From the NCBI RefSeq assembly GCF_009914755.1, contig NC_060937.1: DNA of 64,000 bases. One strand, 5' to 3'. This document shows, piece after piece, positions 25,354 to 39,578 of the stretch (positions within the stretch are counted from its first letter, which is position 1; every line of letters starts with the position of its first letter). This DNA comes from the human T2T-CHM13v2.0 reference genome, Homo sapiens. The notes under the pieces were generated by a model. That model made no database searches. It was not told the DNA's origin and saw nothing but the letters and a program-made list of their open reading frames with translations. A program made the position numbers and the translations under genes.

Positions 25354-26714
25354 GATAGTTAACATGTTATCAGTATTACATTGATGAGACCCTATTTTAA
25401 TTGATTTTTCTAGTACCGTAAAGACTCAAAGTTGTAGTATATTTCTTTTTTATAGTGGATTCTGATTTCCTACTAAATGACTCAAAATGTTTAAGTGCCT
25501 TAATAGATATTTTAAAAATTGCTTTAGGAAATTTTGACAATTCTTCTTGAGAATTGGGGTTCAGTTCTCATGTTTTTTCTTTTTAGCATTACTAAAAATA
25601 GTTGATTCTTGAATGTAAAATTTGATTGACTAACGTTATCACTAGACTTCCTTTTATCTACAGCTATCTGTTATCTTCAGGCGAACTAGTGAACCTCTCC
25701 AGTTTCTAATAATATATGAATAACAATTTATAACAGTGGTCCATAATTTTTTTTTGAATACTGAGACCATGGTATAGATAAAAATATTCATAACAGTTAA
25801 GATCTGTTGGAGTATAGATGAGTTAAAATCTGTAGAATATAAATCATATATAAAACAAAGTATTCAGACTATGTATATGTAAGGGAATAGCAAAAGCTCT
25901 GAGTCATGCTAGAAATAAGCTTTTATTATTCCTCTTGACTATAGTAAGTCTGGTTTCTCAAGTCAGAAATGAAAATGGACTAAAAAACAGGTGTGTGTTG
26001 GCATGACTTTGAGAAGAGGGCAATGAAATAAATCAGGCAGACATCACGCTTACTTCTTTCTTTTAGATTTCATTTCCTTCTATCTTGTAATGAAGGCTTT
26101 TGTTTTTTAAATGCATCCTGAGGCACTGGTTCTACCACCCCACAAACAGCTGAATTTTAAACAACTCCTTTAATATGAAGTTATTTTATTTTGAATTGGA
26201 TTTTCCAGAGTCGTGTTTACTGCCTTGGATAAACAGGGCCTCAGACATGTAATAAATAGGTGAGTAAAATAAATGATTTTATTTATTTATGAGGAAAAGC
26301 ACTTGAAAATGGCTAATTCTTGGTATATGCAAAGTGGGAGGGCTTGGAAGGAAAGGATATCTATTGAATTGAGGTATTACATTCTTGGTCCTGAGAACTC
26401 TTAAGGCAAACAAGCACAATGGGTGTTTTATATGTTTTCTAAAAGTCAGTTTTATTAAAAGTGTTTTTTGGCTGCCAATTTCCTATCCAGAATCCATCCA
26501 TCTTGCTCTTCCTCATTCCTGACACCCTGTCTATGTAACCCATGTATGAGTCAGGAGAAGTTGATTCTGCCCTCAGTTCTAAGGGTGGTTCCTGAAATCA
26601 AAACCAACTGTGGTTCTCCCAGCCCTCAATTTTCCAAGAGTTGGTTCATTCAAGAACCTGGCCTTAGCCAAGCAGTTTGTAACCTTTCTCTGAAGCCTGA
26701 TACTGGCTAAGGAA

Positions 26715-26884
26715 GTGGCTTTCCAAGTGTGTCCAGCAGCAGCAACATCGTCTGGGGACAGAAATGTGAATTCTTAGGATCTGGGACTTACTGGGTGAGA
26801 AACTTCAGGAGAGAGCCCCAGCAATCTGCATTTTAATAAGCCCTCCAGGTGATTCTGAGGCACAAATTTGAGAACTCCTGAATT
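26715..26884. mobile_element. MER5A (hAT-Charlie) DNA transposon
   Basis: cagcagcaacatc..gaaatgtgaattctt..cccagcaatctgcattttaataagccctccaggtgattctga..tttgagaactcctg. Confidence 0.85.
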
Positions 26885-26932
26885 AGATAATAGGAGCTCC
26901 TCAATTAGATAGGAGCTCCTGAATTAGATAGG
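26875..26932. repeat. Short tandem triplication at the MER5A end
   Basis: ctcct(g/c)aattagata(ata)gg repeated three times. Confidence 0.8.
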
Positions 26933-27076
26933 CTCAATCTGATCCAAGGAGAGGATTTTTATCTCATGGATGTGAGAAAGGTTTCGTCTGTTCCTATTGA
27001 TTTGAATCAGGAACTAAATTATCCCCACTGCTGCTGGCAGCCTTTCTGACAGCATCAGAGATTTTGGCCTGTTGAT

Positions 27077-27225
27077 TGCAAAAGTCAAAATGTTTGTCGT
27101 CTTCACCTCAAATTAACAGATTGATACCAAATCCCCAATGTGTTGGTATTTGGAGGTGGGGCCTTTGGGAAGTGATTGGGTCACAAGGGTGGAGCCCTGT
27201 TCCGCAGGTGGTAAGTGCCACAATA
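27077..27225 (+). mobile_element. MaLR LTR 5' fragment (MSTD/MLT1A-like)
   Basis: aatccccaatgtgttggtatttggaggtggggcctttgggaagtgattgggtcacaagggtggagccct. Confidence 0.8.
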
Positions 27226-27349
27226 AAGCAAAAAAAAAAAAAAAAGACAATGACATGTTTGGATTGCAATTTTAGATGAGATGGCCAGAAAATCTATCCT
27301 GAGAGGATGCCATGCAGTTAGACAGGACGGTGGAGATCAAAGCCGGGGA

Positions 27350-27495
27350 GGGAACATTTATGAAGTAGGTACCATTAGCCTCACCTCTAGCTATGCAAAC
27401 TGAGACAGATAGAGGTGAAGCAGTTTGCCCAGGATTACAGGGGTAATAAATGATAGGATCGTGATTTGGACTGAGGACTGTCTAGAGCTCTGAAG
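27350..27495 (-). mobile_element. MIR
   Basis: tatgaagtaggtaccatta..aaactgagacagatagaggtgaagcagtttgcccagg. Confidence 0.7.
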
Positions 27496-29818
27496 TATGA
27501 GTATTTTTATTTACAGTATATTTTTTCTAGCAACATGTTAGAACATGTAAAAAGCAATCTTCTATTATTAGTAATAATGAGGGAAAACAGCAAAATTCAT
27601 GAGCAGCTTTGTTAAATTTCTTTGGAACTCTTCCATTGCTTAAGACAGTCCTTCAAAGAGCAAAATATCTTAAAGAGGAAGAAATTTCCATCTTCTTACA
27701 TGTTTAAATTAAACTGCTTGCAACATGGATCTACCTTTGTTTGGAGATGTGGGGGACCCTAAGTAGTAATGAATTTTCCTTTGCTTATTCTAGAGCTTGT
27801 TATTCAGCTTGTATGGGCAAGTTGGTAAAACACTGAGATACTTTGGATCCAGAAATAGCTGCTGCCTTAACCTCCACTAATGTCCTCTGGGCACAGCAGT
27901 GACCCTAGTTCTTCCATTAGGACCTTGCTTTGGTCCGGTACCTAAAGACTTTACCTGGCAGAGTAGGGGACTCCACACCCTATGCTGTTGCCAATGTCTA
28001 TTCCAATTAGTTGGTGCCTTCACTGGACCAATTAAACATTGCATGTATCATCTCTATACTCTGTCATCCTTAGGCTCTATCACCAAAATCCCTTGGCAAT
28101 GTAGCCAGTCAATGACAGACAAGGATGGTAGTGAAAGAGTTTTCTCTTGGCTGCAGTCAAGCCACCACCAAAGGGAATAATCTTGACAAGAATCCAGTTG
28201 ATACAAACTGCAATTCTGCTCTCCTCTGCAACAGCCCAGAAGAAAGGGAGGAGATTTCTCTCTGAACTCAAAGCTCAGGTTTCTCAGACAAATGATCAAA
28301 TAGTTGATTTGATTGCCCTGAATAATAGATATGTCCTTTAGTTAACAGATGTTCCCTACTGTTGCCTAATGTAAATTGTACATTTTCAATGTGTTTTCCT
28401 TTGTATCAAACATATATATGACAAACTTTCCATCCTCCCGGAGCTTACAAATCATTTTTTTAATGGAAAACTTGGGAAGACAGATTTTATTTCATACAAT
28501 AACTTGCAGTGACTAGAAGGACAGCCCAAATATAGGAGAAAAAAGAATGCCTTGTAACAGAAAATTTTTATGTTTTCTGTCTATGGAACACTTACCTCTG
28601 AGAATCTGTCAGAAAATGAGGCCTTATCTTGCTTGACAACAATCATTATCTAGTCAGTAATTCCTTCTGAGGAATTTAAAACTTCTGCCTTTGCCCCTGA
28701 AATGACTGTATAATCTGTCAGAGCCATTATGTAAACTAACATTTATAAAGCAGAGGGTGTTATAACTACTTCCATCAAAAAGTTAATAATCTGTGACATT
28801 CCAAAATCACAACAAAAATGTTGTGTTGGTTCTCCTAGTAACAATAATAAAGAGTTCCTTTATGGTCTTGAGAATAAAAAAGCCCAACTCCTAAATAGTT
28901 TAAGTCCCTTGAATTCCATTTGATAGTCTTTTGCTGCAGTCCTGCTTTCATTAGATAGATCTGACTATATCTCTCAGAAGTTAAAGCTGGAAGATTCAAG
29001 TGCCTTATAAAGAGTATTGTAAGATTCTTATATAGGCAGAACTTTCTAACCCACTATTGTTATTGAGACTTTCTGTGACAGACATAAAAATTTTATTTCC
29101 ATTTAAAAAACATTTTACTGATGTATCTGATTGTAATCTGCTGTTTATTCTCTTCTTTTCAAGAGCCTAGAGTATGTTCTGTGTGGCCAGGATCAAGGAC
29201 AAAAGAAAATCATACATGATTAGAGGAGTGTAACTGTTTTATGGGTTGCAGTAGTTCTGAACTATATTGAGTCTTCCCAGCTGTTTTCTATCATAGCAAT
29301 ACCCTCTGTCCTTCACGTGAAAATCAAGGACTGCTCAAGTATAAATTTTTTTCTATACTGCCTTACTTTCTGTTTTAGGGCTTATTCAATATTTTTGGTT
29401 TATTCAATTTTGGTAGTTTCTTACAAATGACTTTAAAGTCAAAAAAGTGCAAGGAACTCATCCACATTTTTGCAAAACACTATAGAAGACCAGTGGCACT
29501 TAATTCATTCATCTTTATAAACATTATTGAAGTGTCCACCTAAGAGCCTTATTTTGTTAAAAAGCCAATTTCACCCTTGTGAACACTAACCTCTGAGCCT
29601 CTAAAACTCTCCTTGATTTAGGTCCATAATTTACTATTAACTCCTTTAAGCCTTCAGATACTATTCACTAAGACTCTGCTTTAGTCCATGATGTCAACTA
29701 CCACCCTGATAATAATACCCTCTAGAATTTGTGCACTACTGTTTGCCTAAGTGGTTCAAAAGGAGGGAAAAACTGGGAGACTGGTATTCCTGTGCCATCT
29801 CTCTTTCCCAACAACCCC

Positions 29819-30246
29819 TGAGAGGCAGAATAATGACTCCCTTAATCCCTGGAAATCTGTGACTATGTTAGGTTGTACAGCAAAGGAAATTGCAGATGGA
29901 ATTAATAATGCTAATCAGCTGCCCTTGAGATTAGTCTGCATTGTGCAGGTGTCCAATGCAGTCATAAAGGTCCTTACAATGTGGGAGAGAGAGAAGAGAC
30001 AGACAGCTCCATGAGAAAGTCTGAATTGGCTGTTGCTGGTTTTGAAGACAGAGGAAGGCCAGGAGCCTAGGAATGTGAGAAGCTGGACATGTCAAGGAAA
30101 TGGATTCCTCTCTGCTCTTGAGCCGCCAAGAGAAATGAAGCTCTGCCTACATCTTCATCTCCACACCCAATGAGACCTATTCAAACTTCTGACCTCTGGA
30201 ATTGTAACACAGTCAATTCATATTGTTTCAAGCCACTAAGTTTTTG
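29819..30246 (+). mobile_element. MLT1D MaLR LTR
   Basis: aggcagaataatg..taatccctggaa..ttgcagatggaattaa..gctaatcagctg..gctggttttgaagacagagg..acttctgacctc..aagccactaagttt. Confidence 0.88.
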
Positions 30247-31401
30247 AAACCCTAAAAGGGAGATTTAACTGAGTAACAAAGTATTATGCTAGCAGGAATA
30301 ATTATATCCATGTGAAAAACAGGGAGGTGGAAGTACACAGAGTGAAACAAAAACAGAAACTTCTTATGAAGGAGCTTTGTAACTTAAAACACATTAGTAT
30401 CTGTTTCCAACAAGGTATTTTTCCTATCAACATTTAGAATATTTTTTCCATCTTTTTATACAGCTCGAACAAGTTTATTTCCATTTAAAAATCTTGCATC
30501 ACCCTTTTAATTGAGAGAATGTGATTGCTGGAACAATTCAATGGAATAATTAAAGCAATTTTAATACATCAACATTTGCTATTTGGCAAAGGAATCAAGT
30601 AGAAAGTAAAATAATTCATGTGGCTTGTCTTTCATAAGTGTGGGTTGCTTCTATCTGAAATCAACAAGTGATTATGAACTGGTGACTCTATCCCCTGCAT
30701 CTCTTACTGGCATGTCATTCTCATGCTCACCAAACAAAATGGGCACAGGTGTTTTAGAAAGCAAGCACCTAGAAATAAAATGAAGGCTTTACTGAGGGCT
30801 TCAGTATACTTTCTGAAGCCTTCACCTAGGGATGACCACAGCCCTTCATGGTTTCATTCTTGTCCTGGGGCTCTAATGTGCTCTCTAGAAATCCATTACA
30901 GCAGAGTTTTCATTTAACTCATGTAAGGTAAGGATAGTGGCACCACGTAAGAAGTCTCATGTTTGTTAACGGTGTGTGATGGTGCTTGTTGATGGTCTAG
31001 TGTTAGACCCTGCTTAGCCAGGACAGCAGTGGGCTCCGTTTGAGGGAATTTGGTCACCCCTCCTTAGCTCAGGCTTTGATGTGATGATTTATAGGACAGT
31101 GCATGGTGAGAGGGTCTGGGAATGGGATTCCAACAATGTGTTTGGATGCCCTTCCTCCCAGAAGGCTGTATCTAATACTAGGCACAAGCTCCCTAAACCC
31201 AAGTCCTAAGGCAGTTTTAAGCTAAAGGACAGAAAAACATCATTCCTGAGATACAGACGGGCAGTTCTTCCAGACCAGTGTAATTTAGCCTAAGTCCTTA
31301 CAGTTATCCTCCACTGTCACTGGTGAAAACTTGCTCTTCCTTTCCAGGAACTTACACAAAATACTGTAAGTGCAAAACAAGATTAAAAATAGAGTAATCG
31401 T

Positions 31402-31690
31402 TGTTGAACACTAGGGGTTCAGCCTAGATTCTAGTTGTTTGCCTCACAGAAAGCCCATTGACACAATGAGTATTGTCAGGGAAGGCAGACTTTATTGCAG
31501 GTAACAACAACAGCCAAGAGACAGGAGATGGAAGACAAGCCTCACATCCATCTCTCCAACTGACTAAAGTTAGGGGTTTATAGAGGAGCTTGTCAACACG
31601 CAGCAGGCAGTCAGATCAGGGGTCTGATGCCTCATTGTCCAGATGTGGTGATCTGGAAAGTTCAGTTCCTTGATACTATCTGAGAGGAAA
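31402..31690 (-). mobile_element. ERV1 LTR fragment (MER66-like)
   Basis: aggggttcagcctag..cacagaaagcc..acaatgagtattgtcagggaag..atccatctctccaactgactaaagttaggggtttata. Confidence 0.7.
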
Positions 31691-31729
31691 TTAGGCCACT
31701 TTCGTAAGGACACTAAAAGAAACCACAAA

Positions 31730-32250
<521 letters not shown>

Positions 32251-32399
32251 TAAAGATAGTGATGGCTTGTGCCTCAGGGTATGCTCATTTGTTTTTCAGG
32301 CATGAACAGTGCATTCGCAATGGTTGTAAATTCCCTATACTAGTTTACGCCACTCATATTCAACAGAAAGCATACTTTTAACTACCAATGGCTGTGTAC

Positions 32400-32876
32400 T
32401 GACAAGGTTCTTTGCTTAACAAAATTTCAGACTCCTAAGCCTTCTCCTAATATCAGCTGTACACTTCCTTGTAAAATCCAGTTTTAGTAAGAACCCTGCT
32501 AAGTCAGTTTATCAAGAATCCTTCATCCTTCATCTCACCTTCATTATCCAGTTTCTCATCCTCTACCTTTCCCCAGGTGACAGCTGATCACCCTGGCCTG
32601 TCTTCAGTAGGAGTTCTGTCAGATTGGTTTAGCCAGAATCCCCCTTACTCCTGATATTTTCTGCTAGTAACTTTCTATCTGCTGATAGTCCCATCTCCAA
32701 TCTGTGGCTACAAATTCCCACTTGCCCATGCCGTATTCAGAGTGGAGCCCCGTGTCTCCGCCACCAAGTGCAAAATCCCAGAGCAGTGGTCCCTGTATCT
32801 ACTGCAATGGTTCTGAACCACTTTACTGTGCTTTCATAAGCATCATTATCCCTGAATATTTTTTTTTCTTTTAACA
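32400..32876 (+). mobile_element. MER31-family ERV1 solo LTR
   Basis: tgacaaggttctttgctt..cacttccttgtaaaatccagttttagtaagaaccctgctaagtcagttta..tttagccagaatccccct..tttaaca. Confidence 0.85.
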
Positions 32877-33061
32877 ACATTCAGGATCACAAGCTTTTAC
32901 AGGCCAGTTGCCTTGATGTAGACTTGACTAGCTTCTGTTTCTGCATTCAGAATGCCAGATAACTCATGCAGTTACCCTAATATGCCATAATACAACATGG
33001 AGAACACATACAATAAATATTTTATACCCCAGCAATTCCATGGCACTGGTATTATTTCTAC

Positions 33062-33355
33062 TTTTTTTTTTTTTTTTTTTTTTTTTAGGCAGGGTCACAC
33101 TCTGTCATCCAGACTGGAGTGCAGTGGTGTGATCTTGACTCACTTCAGCCTTGAGCTCTAATTCTTGGGCTCCAGCGGTCCTCCTGCCTCAGCCTCCTGA
33201 GTAGCTAGAACTACAGGAATATGCCACCATGGCTGACTAATTTTTAAAAAAAAATTTAGTAGAGATGGCGTCTTGCTATGTTGCCCAGGTTGGTCTTGAA
33301 CTCCTGGCCTCAAGCAATCCTCTCCCCTTGGCCTCCCAAAGTGCTGGGACTACAG
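33062..33355 (-). mobile_element. AluJ lacking the 5' ~20 nt
   Basis: gtcttgctatgttgcccagg, ctcctggcctcaagcaatcc; long poly-T. Confidence 0.93.
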
Positions 33356-34565
33356 TTGCTCACTTTACCCTAATTTATACCAAACAGAAATTGACATGTC
33401 TGGAGGTTCAGAATCCTAAGTTGTAAAGAAATGGATTCATCTTTACATGAACTTAGTGGAAGTAGAATTTAATTCTCTGTAAGATTAGTTTCCCTTTTGC
33501 TATTTTATTTCTTCATTCACTTCCATCTAGTTTCTGGACGTACATGGTCAAGTGATGTTACTTTAGGTAATATTTCTAGAACTTTCCCTAATTTTAAAAT
33601 TAAGAAAGAAAAAAGTTTTCCCTTCACTTTATGATATGCCCTTCAAGGCTGAAGACTCAGAAATGTGCTCCAGAGAATTTGTACCTCCTCTTTCACCCAG
33701 TTCAGCCCCTTTGTCCCCTCCCCCTGCTTCACTGTTGAATTCCTTTAATCTTCTTTACCTTAAAGGTCCATAAAAATCCCAACCGCCTTCACTAGAAAAA
33801 TTTGGTGCTGTATGAGAACCTAAGTTTCTCTAATAAAAATCAGCAACATTTTTTTCAAATCCAGCTTTCCCGAAATTGTAGATCAAGCCCAGTAGTGTGA
33901 TTCACAGATAACGGCTGAAGCCACTTCATCTCCAAGCTAAGGGATAAAATTAGCATGTTAAAGAGTTGGAGGGCTTAATTAGAAAGGCAATCCTTAGGCA
34001 AAAACCTCTCAGGAACACTAAAGCAGTTTGTTAATTTTGTTTGCTATCTCTTTGGGGGCAGAACCTGGAACCAGAAATTAACTCTGACTTTGAAAACCAC
34101 AATAAAATTATATCATCCTCAGGCCCAACGTTAAAGGAAGTGTGCTCATAATAAATGGATAATCTTCTACTTTCCATGACTATTGATTTTAATCATCCCA
34201 ACATTCCGTGAGAAGCAGTCTGTTTCTATGTGCTTTCCTCCTGTTTTCTCCCATTGTGTTGAGTATGGGGTTTGGACTCTCCAGTTCAACCATCCTGGAT
34301 GGAGAGGCTGCTTCATTTTGGGAATAGCTTATCCCTACCCACTGTGTCACTTACTAGATCAGAGGCAAAGAGGCTCATTCTTCTGAATGTTTTTGTTTCT
34401 TCTGGCATTCACCTCCATATTTTTAAATAACAAGCCTTAAAATACCATTATATCTGGATTTTTCCAATTATATCACTTTCTACTGCCTTCCTACTATAGT
34501 GTAGGGTTTAGATCTCTTACCTTATTCCTGCATACATATTGCCTCTCTCCACATCACACCACTAT

Positions 34566-35202
34566 TGAGGCAGGAGAAAAGGTCTGGAGGCAGGGAAGCT
34601 AAGGCCGATTCGCACTGGCTTCCTAGAACGAAATCAAAAGGAAAACCCCTACTTTCCACACCCAAGTAACACAAGGATCAGAAGCTACTCCCTTTTCAAC
34701 CCCCTCCCCCATTTTTTTTGCATGGCAGATGAGAAATTGAAAGTATCTCTCATTTGTCCCCTCCCTCAGTCAGTCAGGCTGCTCCTGGGCCAAGTCTTCA
34801 TTTGCATAGGAGTATAACTGTATAACTTGACTTTAGCTTCTGATTGGTCACCTTCCACAACCAATCAGATGTTTGCATAGGGTATAACTTTGTACCTTTG
34901 CTTCAGCCTCTGACTGATCCCCTCCTGCAACCAATCAGACTGATTGTGGACCACTACTTTATTTACATAGAGTGTAAAGCAAGTGACCAATCAGAAACCT
35001 CTAGAGGGTTTTTAAACCCCAGAAAATCTGTAATCAGGCTCCTTAAGCCCCTATGCTTGGCCCACTCCCACCTGGTGGTGTGTACTTTCATTTTTGATAA
35101 ATCTCTACTTTTGTTGCTTCATTCTTTCCTTGCTTTGTTTGTGCTTTTTGTCCAATTCTTTGTTCAAGTTGCCAAGAACCTGGACAGCCTCCACTGGTAA
35201 CA
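34566..35202 (+). mobile_element. MER51A ERV1 solo LTR
   Basis: tgaggcaggaga..ggtctggaggcagggaa..taaggccgattc ... ccaagaacctggaca..ccactggtaaca; perfect 4-bp TSD ctat. Confidence 0.93.
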
Positions 35203-35334
35203 CTATAATTATGACAGTTTTTGCTTAAATTAATAATTGATGTTTACATTTTTACAATTATATAAATATTCACAGTTCAATGCAGTAGTGTTCTGTGTAA
35301 ATACTTTGTGCTTTTCTTTTTGCTTTCCTTACTT

Positions 35335-35470
35335 ATTGAATAAATAAATACTTGAGCACCAGCCTCTAGTGTAGCCACTCTTCTGGGTACTGGATATATA
35401 AGAGAAAAGATAAAAAAAAATCCTGCCCTAAGGGGTTTACATTTTATTGGGGTGGCAGCAGAACAAGTGT
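35335..35470 (-). mobile_element. L2 3' end relic
   Basis: aaatacttgagcacc..ttctgggtactggatata..aaaatcctgccct..tttacatttta. Confidence 0.65.
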
Positions 35471-35509
35471 CTAAGAACAGATAATCTGAAACCATGTTTG
35501 AGTTAAAAC

Positions 35510-35650
35510 ACTGGTTTTTGCAAAGTTAGCAACTCACTGACCTTAGGAATTTGCCCAGCCTCTCCATGCCTCAGTTTCTTCATCTGTAAGTTGGGCGTAA
35601 AATCTATTTACAGAGTTGTAACAAAGATTAAGTGAATCAATATAAGTCTA
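35510..35650 (+). mobile_element. MIR
   Basis: cctctccatgcctcagtttcttcatctgtaag core. Confidence 0.75.
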
Positions 35651-38600
35651 GGCAGGTCAAAGATACAGATAGCAATTTTCAAAGTGTATACTAGGATACT
35701 ATCGGGAAGTAAACTTAACTATACAGGCAACAGGAAAGGCAAATTTAGAGACTGTGATTTTTAAATAACATATTGAGAAAATAATATTTTTTCCTATCTG
35801 ATTCACTTATTGTCTAGCATTTGTGTATCTTTTAAGATATTAATTTTGAAGGAAGTTTATTCAACTTCTTGCATTTTCATTGTTTCCCATTAATTCATTT
35901 GTCATCTTACTTTGAGTTTCTATCTTTAATGATAATGACTTTCTTTTCATGTCTGGTAATACATTTATTCATATATAAAAATTGGACACTAAAATTGATC
36001 AAAAATCTCTGTTTACATGGGTTTTTGATTGTTCATATGTTGATATTTCTGTTGTAGACTCTTTAATGTCACTGTTCATAAGCCTTTTTTGTGAGGGGTG
36101 GAGGTTGTGTATTTCCCCAGAGAGAAAGACTCCCATTTCCTCTGTTTGGGGAGGGATGTACCTCAGTTCAGAGCGTTTGTGGTTCAACCTGTCTGGATAG
36201 AAAACACCCAGCCTTCTGCTCAAACAGGAGAGGGGTGGTCACTCAACTCATGGCAAAAGCTAGAAGTCCCTGATGTCTGTCTCAGAGGACTTGCTAGTTA
36301 ATAAACTTCTGCCCTATACTGCTAGGGTCAATTTACAATTGGGAAATAATTAATTTTGTGACTATCCAAGGGTAGAATGCTATCTAATTTCTTAGAATGT
36401 TTCCATTATTTTGGCCAATCAGACTGAGCGTTTTCTGAAAATACGCTATAGTTCATCCAACTTTCTATTGCTTTGTCTTATCATATACAGTGTATGGTGT
36501 TGATGCTAAGAGGCATTACTATAAAGCTGAATAAAATAAGCCCTCTCTCTTCTCAGCAATCATAGTGTTGTTAAATTTATTAGTTTGGGCTCTGGCATAT
36601 TCCTCAAAGTAGAGTTAGGAATTGTAGAGATGAAAGTCAGTTTATCAAGACAGGATCCTATGTTTTCCCAACACCCTCTCCCACATGGGCCACTTCCTCT
36701 CCCTAAGCTCCCATGACTTCAATTTTGCTCCCACTGGCATAGGCATTTGGTGGGGATCTGGAGGCCATTTAAACCCTAAAGTTCTGTCCACAAATGATAC
36801 CCCAGAATCAAACCTTTTCTGCTTATTCTTCTTGCGCAAAGTGCACGCCAACAATATCCATGTTTTTCCTATTTTTTTTCCATTAAGTGCAATGCAACCT
36901 TTCTTCATTGTAAAGAATCACTAGAATCCAGCTCTCAGGCTCCCTCTGCATTTTTTCGTACGACTCAAGAACAATTACGTTCTTGCTAATAAGATATATC
37001 TCTTTAAACTCCCTAGAGAAAAATGACAATATACATTTAAATTATAAACTTGGACAATATAATAGACTTTCTACTGTTAGTATTATACAGTTATAATCTA
37101 ACTTTAACAGCAGTTAAGCAGAGACATTTTACGAATTGCATGATATTTGAGTGTTGGGTGTGAATGAGTTGGATTCTTGACCTTTTGCTGGTGGGAACTT
37201 TCTTATCTCTTTTTGTTTTCCCAGGACTAATCTGTGCAGTGTAGCAGCACTTCCTTTGTACCAAAGTAGTTATCTTCCTGCGGTATCTCCGATCAATTCT
37301 ATAATCTGTAGGCATCATGTGCCACTGTGTCACAGGGTGACAAAAGCCCTCAGAGCACAGGAGGACCAGACTATTGTCGTCACTGAACCCACCAGGTTAA
37401 AAAGGGGAAGATGGGAGGCAAAAATAACACTAAATAACTGGTTATAAAAACACCTTAAAATTGTTTTTACAGTTGAGTGATTGTACTACTTATTTGATGC
37501 ATCTGAAATTGTTGATTAAACACAGAGATGCACATAAACTGAGACGATAGAAATTAGAGAAGTTTAATTACAGTAAATTAAGAAAAAACACTGAAGCAGA
37601 GACAACAGATGGTCAAAGAAGAAAGTGATAATTCAAAACTATCAGGAACATTAGAGGAAAACTAAGAAGTGAAGCAAGTTCGCACAGACACAAAACAATT
37701 TCTTCTATTTCTTTCACTGTTGTATTTTTTCTTGCCATCCTTAAGATTTGTCAGGAATGTCTTTGTGTCTCCACCTTTGTTTTTCTTTGGGGTGTGTGTG
37801 TGGTTCTTTTCTGTAATCCTCCCTTATTTTCTTTCATGATTTGATCCTAGTTGGATAATACGCCCCGATTTAAGAATATTTTATTTTAAGTGTTTCTCAG
37901 TTATTCTCATAGGATTTCAAGAATTTCAAATATTAATAGCATTGCTAATTAATAGTTTAAAATCATTTCTCAAATATAACATTTAGCATTTTTATGACAA
38001 AATTAGCATGTATTCATTCAACAAATAAATTATAATAGTTTGATGGCAAATATCAGTATGTACCAGCTATTGGGCTGCAGAATATGTTTTCATGCTGTAT
38101 ACAAAATTAAGTTGTTTTAGGTTTATTGAAAAATATTTTATGGGGTAGTATTTATAGATTTTTTATGAGGACTATAATCCCGAATATAATTTTATTTCAT
38201 CCACATTTTTTCTTTGTTCATAAGAGATCATTTATTTTTACAGGAAATGTGACAATTAGAACCTATTGCTGAACCTAAAAAAATGACAATTTTCTTTTAC
38301 GATGAATATTAATAGCATAAACGAGTTTACACTTGACCTCAAAGCAATTCTGTTTTATGGAAGTTGGACTTAGGAAACTTGAAAGGCTTCTTACTCTGCT
38401 GTTTAACACATGGAAATGATAATCATGTTAGCTACACCCTAGTAATTTTAGCTGAAAATATTCCCACCCTATTCTGGAGATAAAATAAATTTGATTTAAC
38501 ATCGGGTTCAACCATTCTTTCACAGTTGTGCTTTATTATTAGTGACAGAACTTTATCCTTAAAAAGCTTCAGGGGTCTTCTATCAGCAGAACAATTTATA

Positions 38601-39578
38601 ACTAGCTATTTAGGGAAATAATGCTGCTTTTGTGTACTATTTTTTATAGTTTGCTTTACTCACCATTTGTTTGCAAAAATACAACTTCTACAATTGGGTT
38701 ATATTTCTTATGATAGAAAGTATGTTTCAAGTGATCAGCATATGATATAAAAAGATGAAACCTCATTGATTTTTTTTTTTCAAAACCTTTGGATGCTTCA
38801 CTTAGTATAATTATGACTCAGGGTGGTGGTAAAAATTGGGATAAAAGGATAAGTTTGTAAGAAACTAGCTTTTTTATATTTAACAAAAGCTGGCTTTGAT
38901 AATAGCATATTTGCAGTTCATAAAAGATCAAACTTTTAAGGAACAAAAAGCAAATAACAATAAAACCTTCTTAAGTCAACAAAATGTTTTGTAAAGGGCA
39001 TTTCATTTTCAGCTTGGCCTTACCGCTGAGAAGCATTTTGCATGAAATTTGTGCATGAATTCTCATTCCAAGAATATAAGAGGAAATAAATGAGCAAAAC
39101 AGAAATGTATTAGTGAAGCAATTTATGGCATGTTGAAAAAATAAGCATCTAGTATACACGCATGTTGAAACTTGATCAAACCCTGTTTTAACAACACTAT
39201 AAAAACTGTTTTCTTATTTGAAACAAAACACAATGCATAAATGAAAGATTATGGTGACTTAGAATTATTGTTTAAAGAAAAACCTGAACTCTAAAAGAAC
39301 TTTCTGCACTATTAAAGAAAAGCTAATACAAAAGTAAACTGAATGTACTAGTCAGGCCATCAGAATAGCAATAACATTGGTAATGTTATTGTTGAACCAA
39401 CCTCTCTCTTCTCCTTAGAACAACGGAGAATAATAAATGAAGCCTTAGGTAATTCTATTGTGGCGGAACAGGAAGTTTTCTTGTCAATTCTTCAAAGTTG
39501 TATCAAAACTAGATAAGATTTAAAGCTTCAGGAAACTTTTGGATTTGTAACTCTCAACTGTATTCTGTAGTTAGTAAT

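Larger units (their letters stand above)
26470..27070. mobile_element. Old ERVL LTR (LTR16-like) relic interrupted by MER5A
   Basis: gaagttgattctgccctcagttctaagggtggttcctga..aaccaa motif; weak similarity. Confidence 0.4.

Noticed and set aside
27840-28290. Possible old LTR16/LTR33-type relic
   Set aside because: Only a short motif (gccagtcaatgacagacaagga) is recognisable; too weak to call
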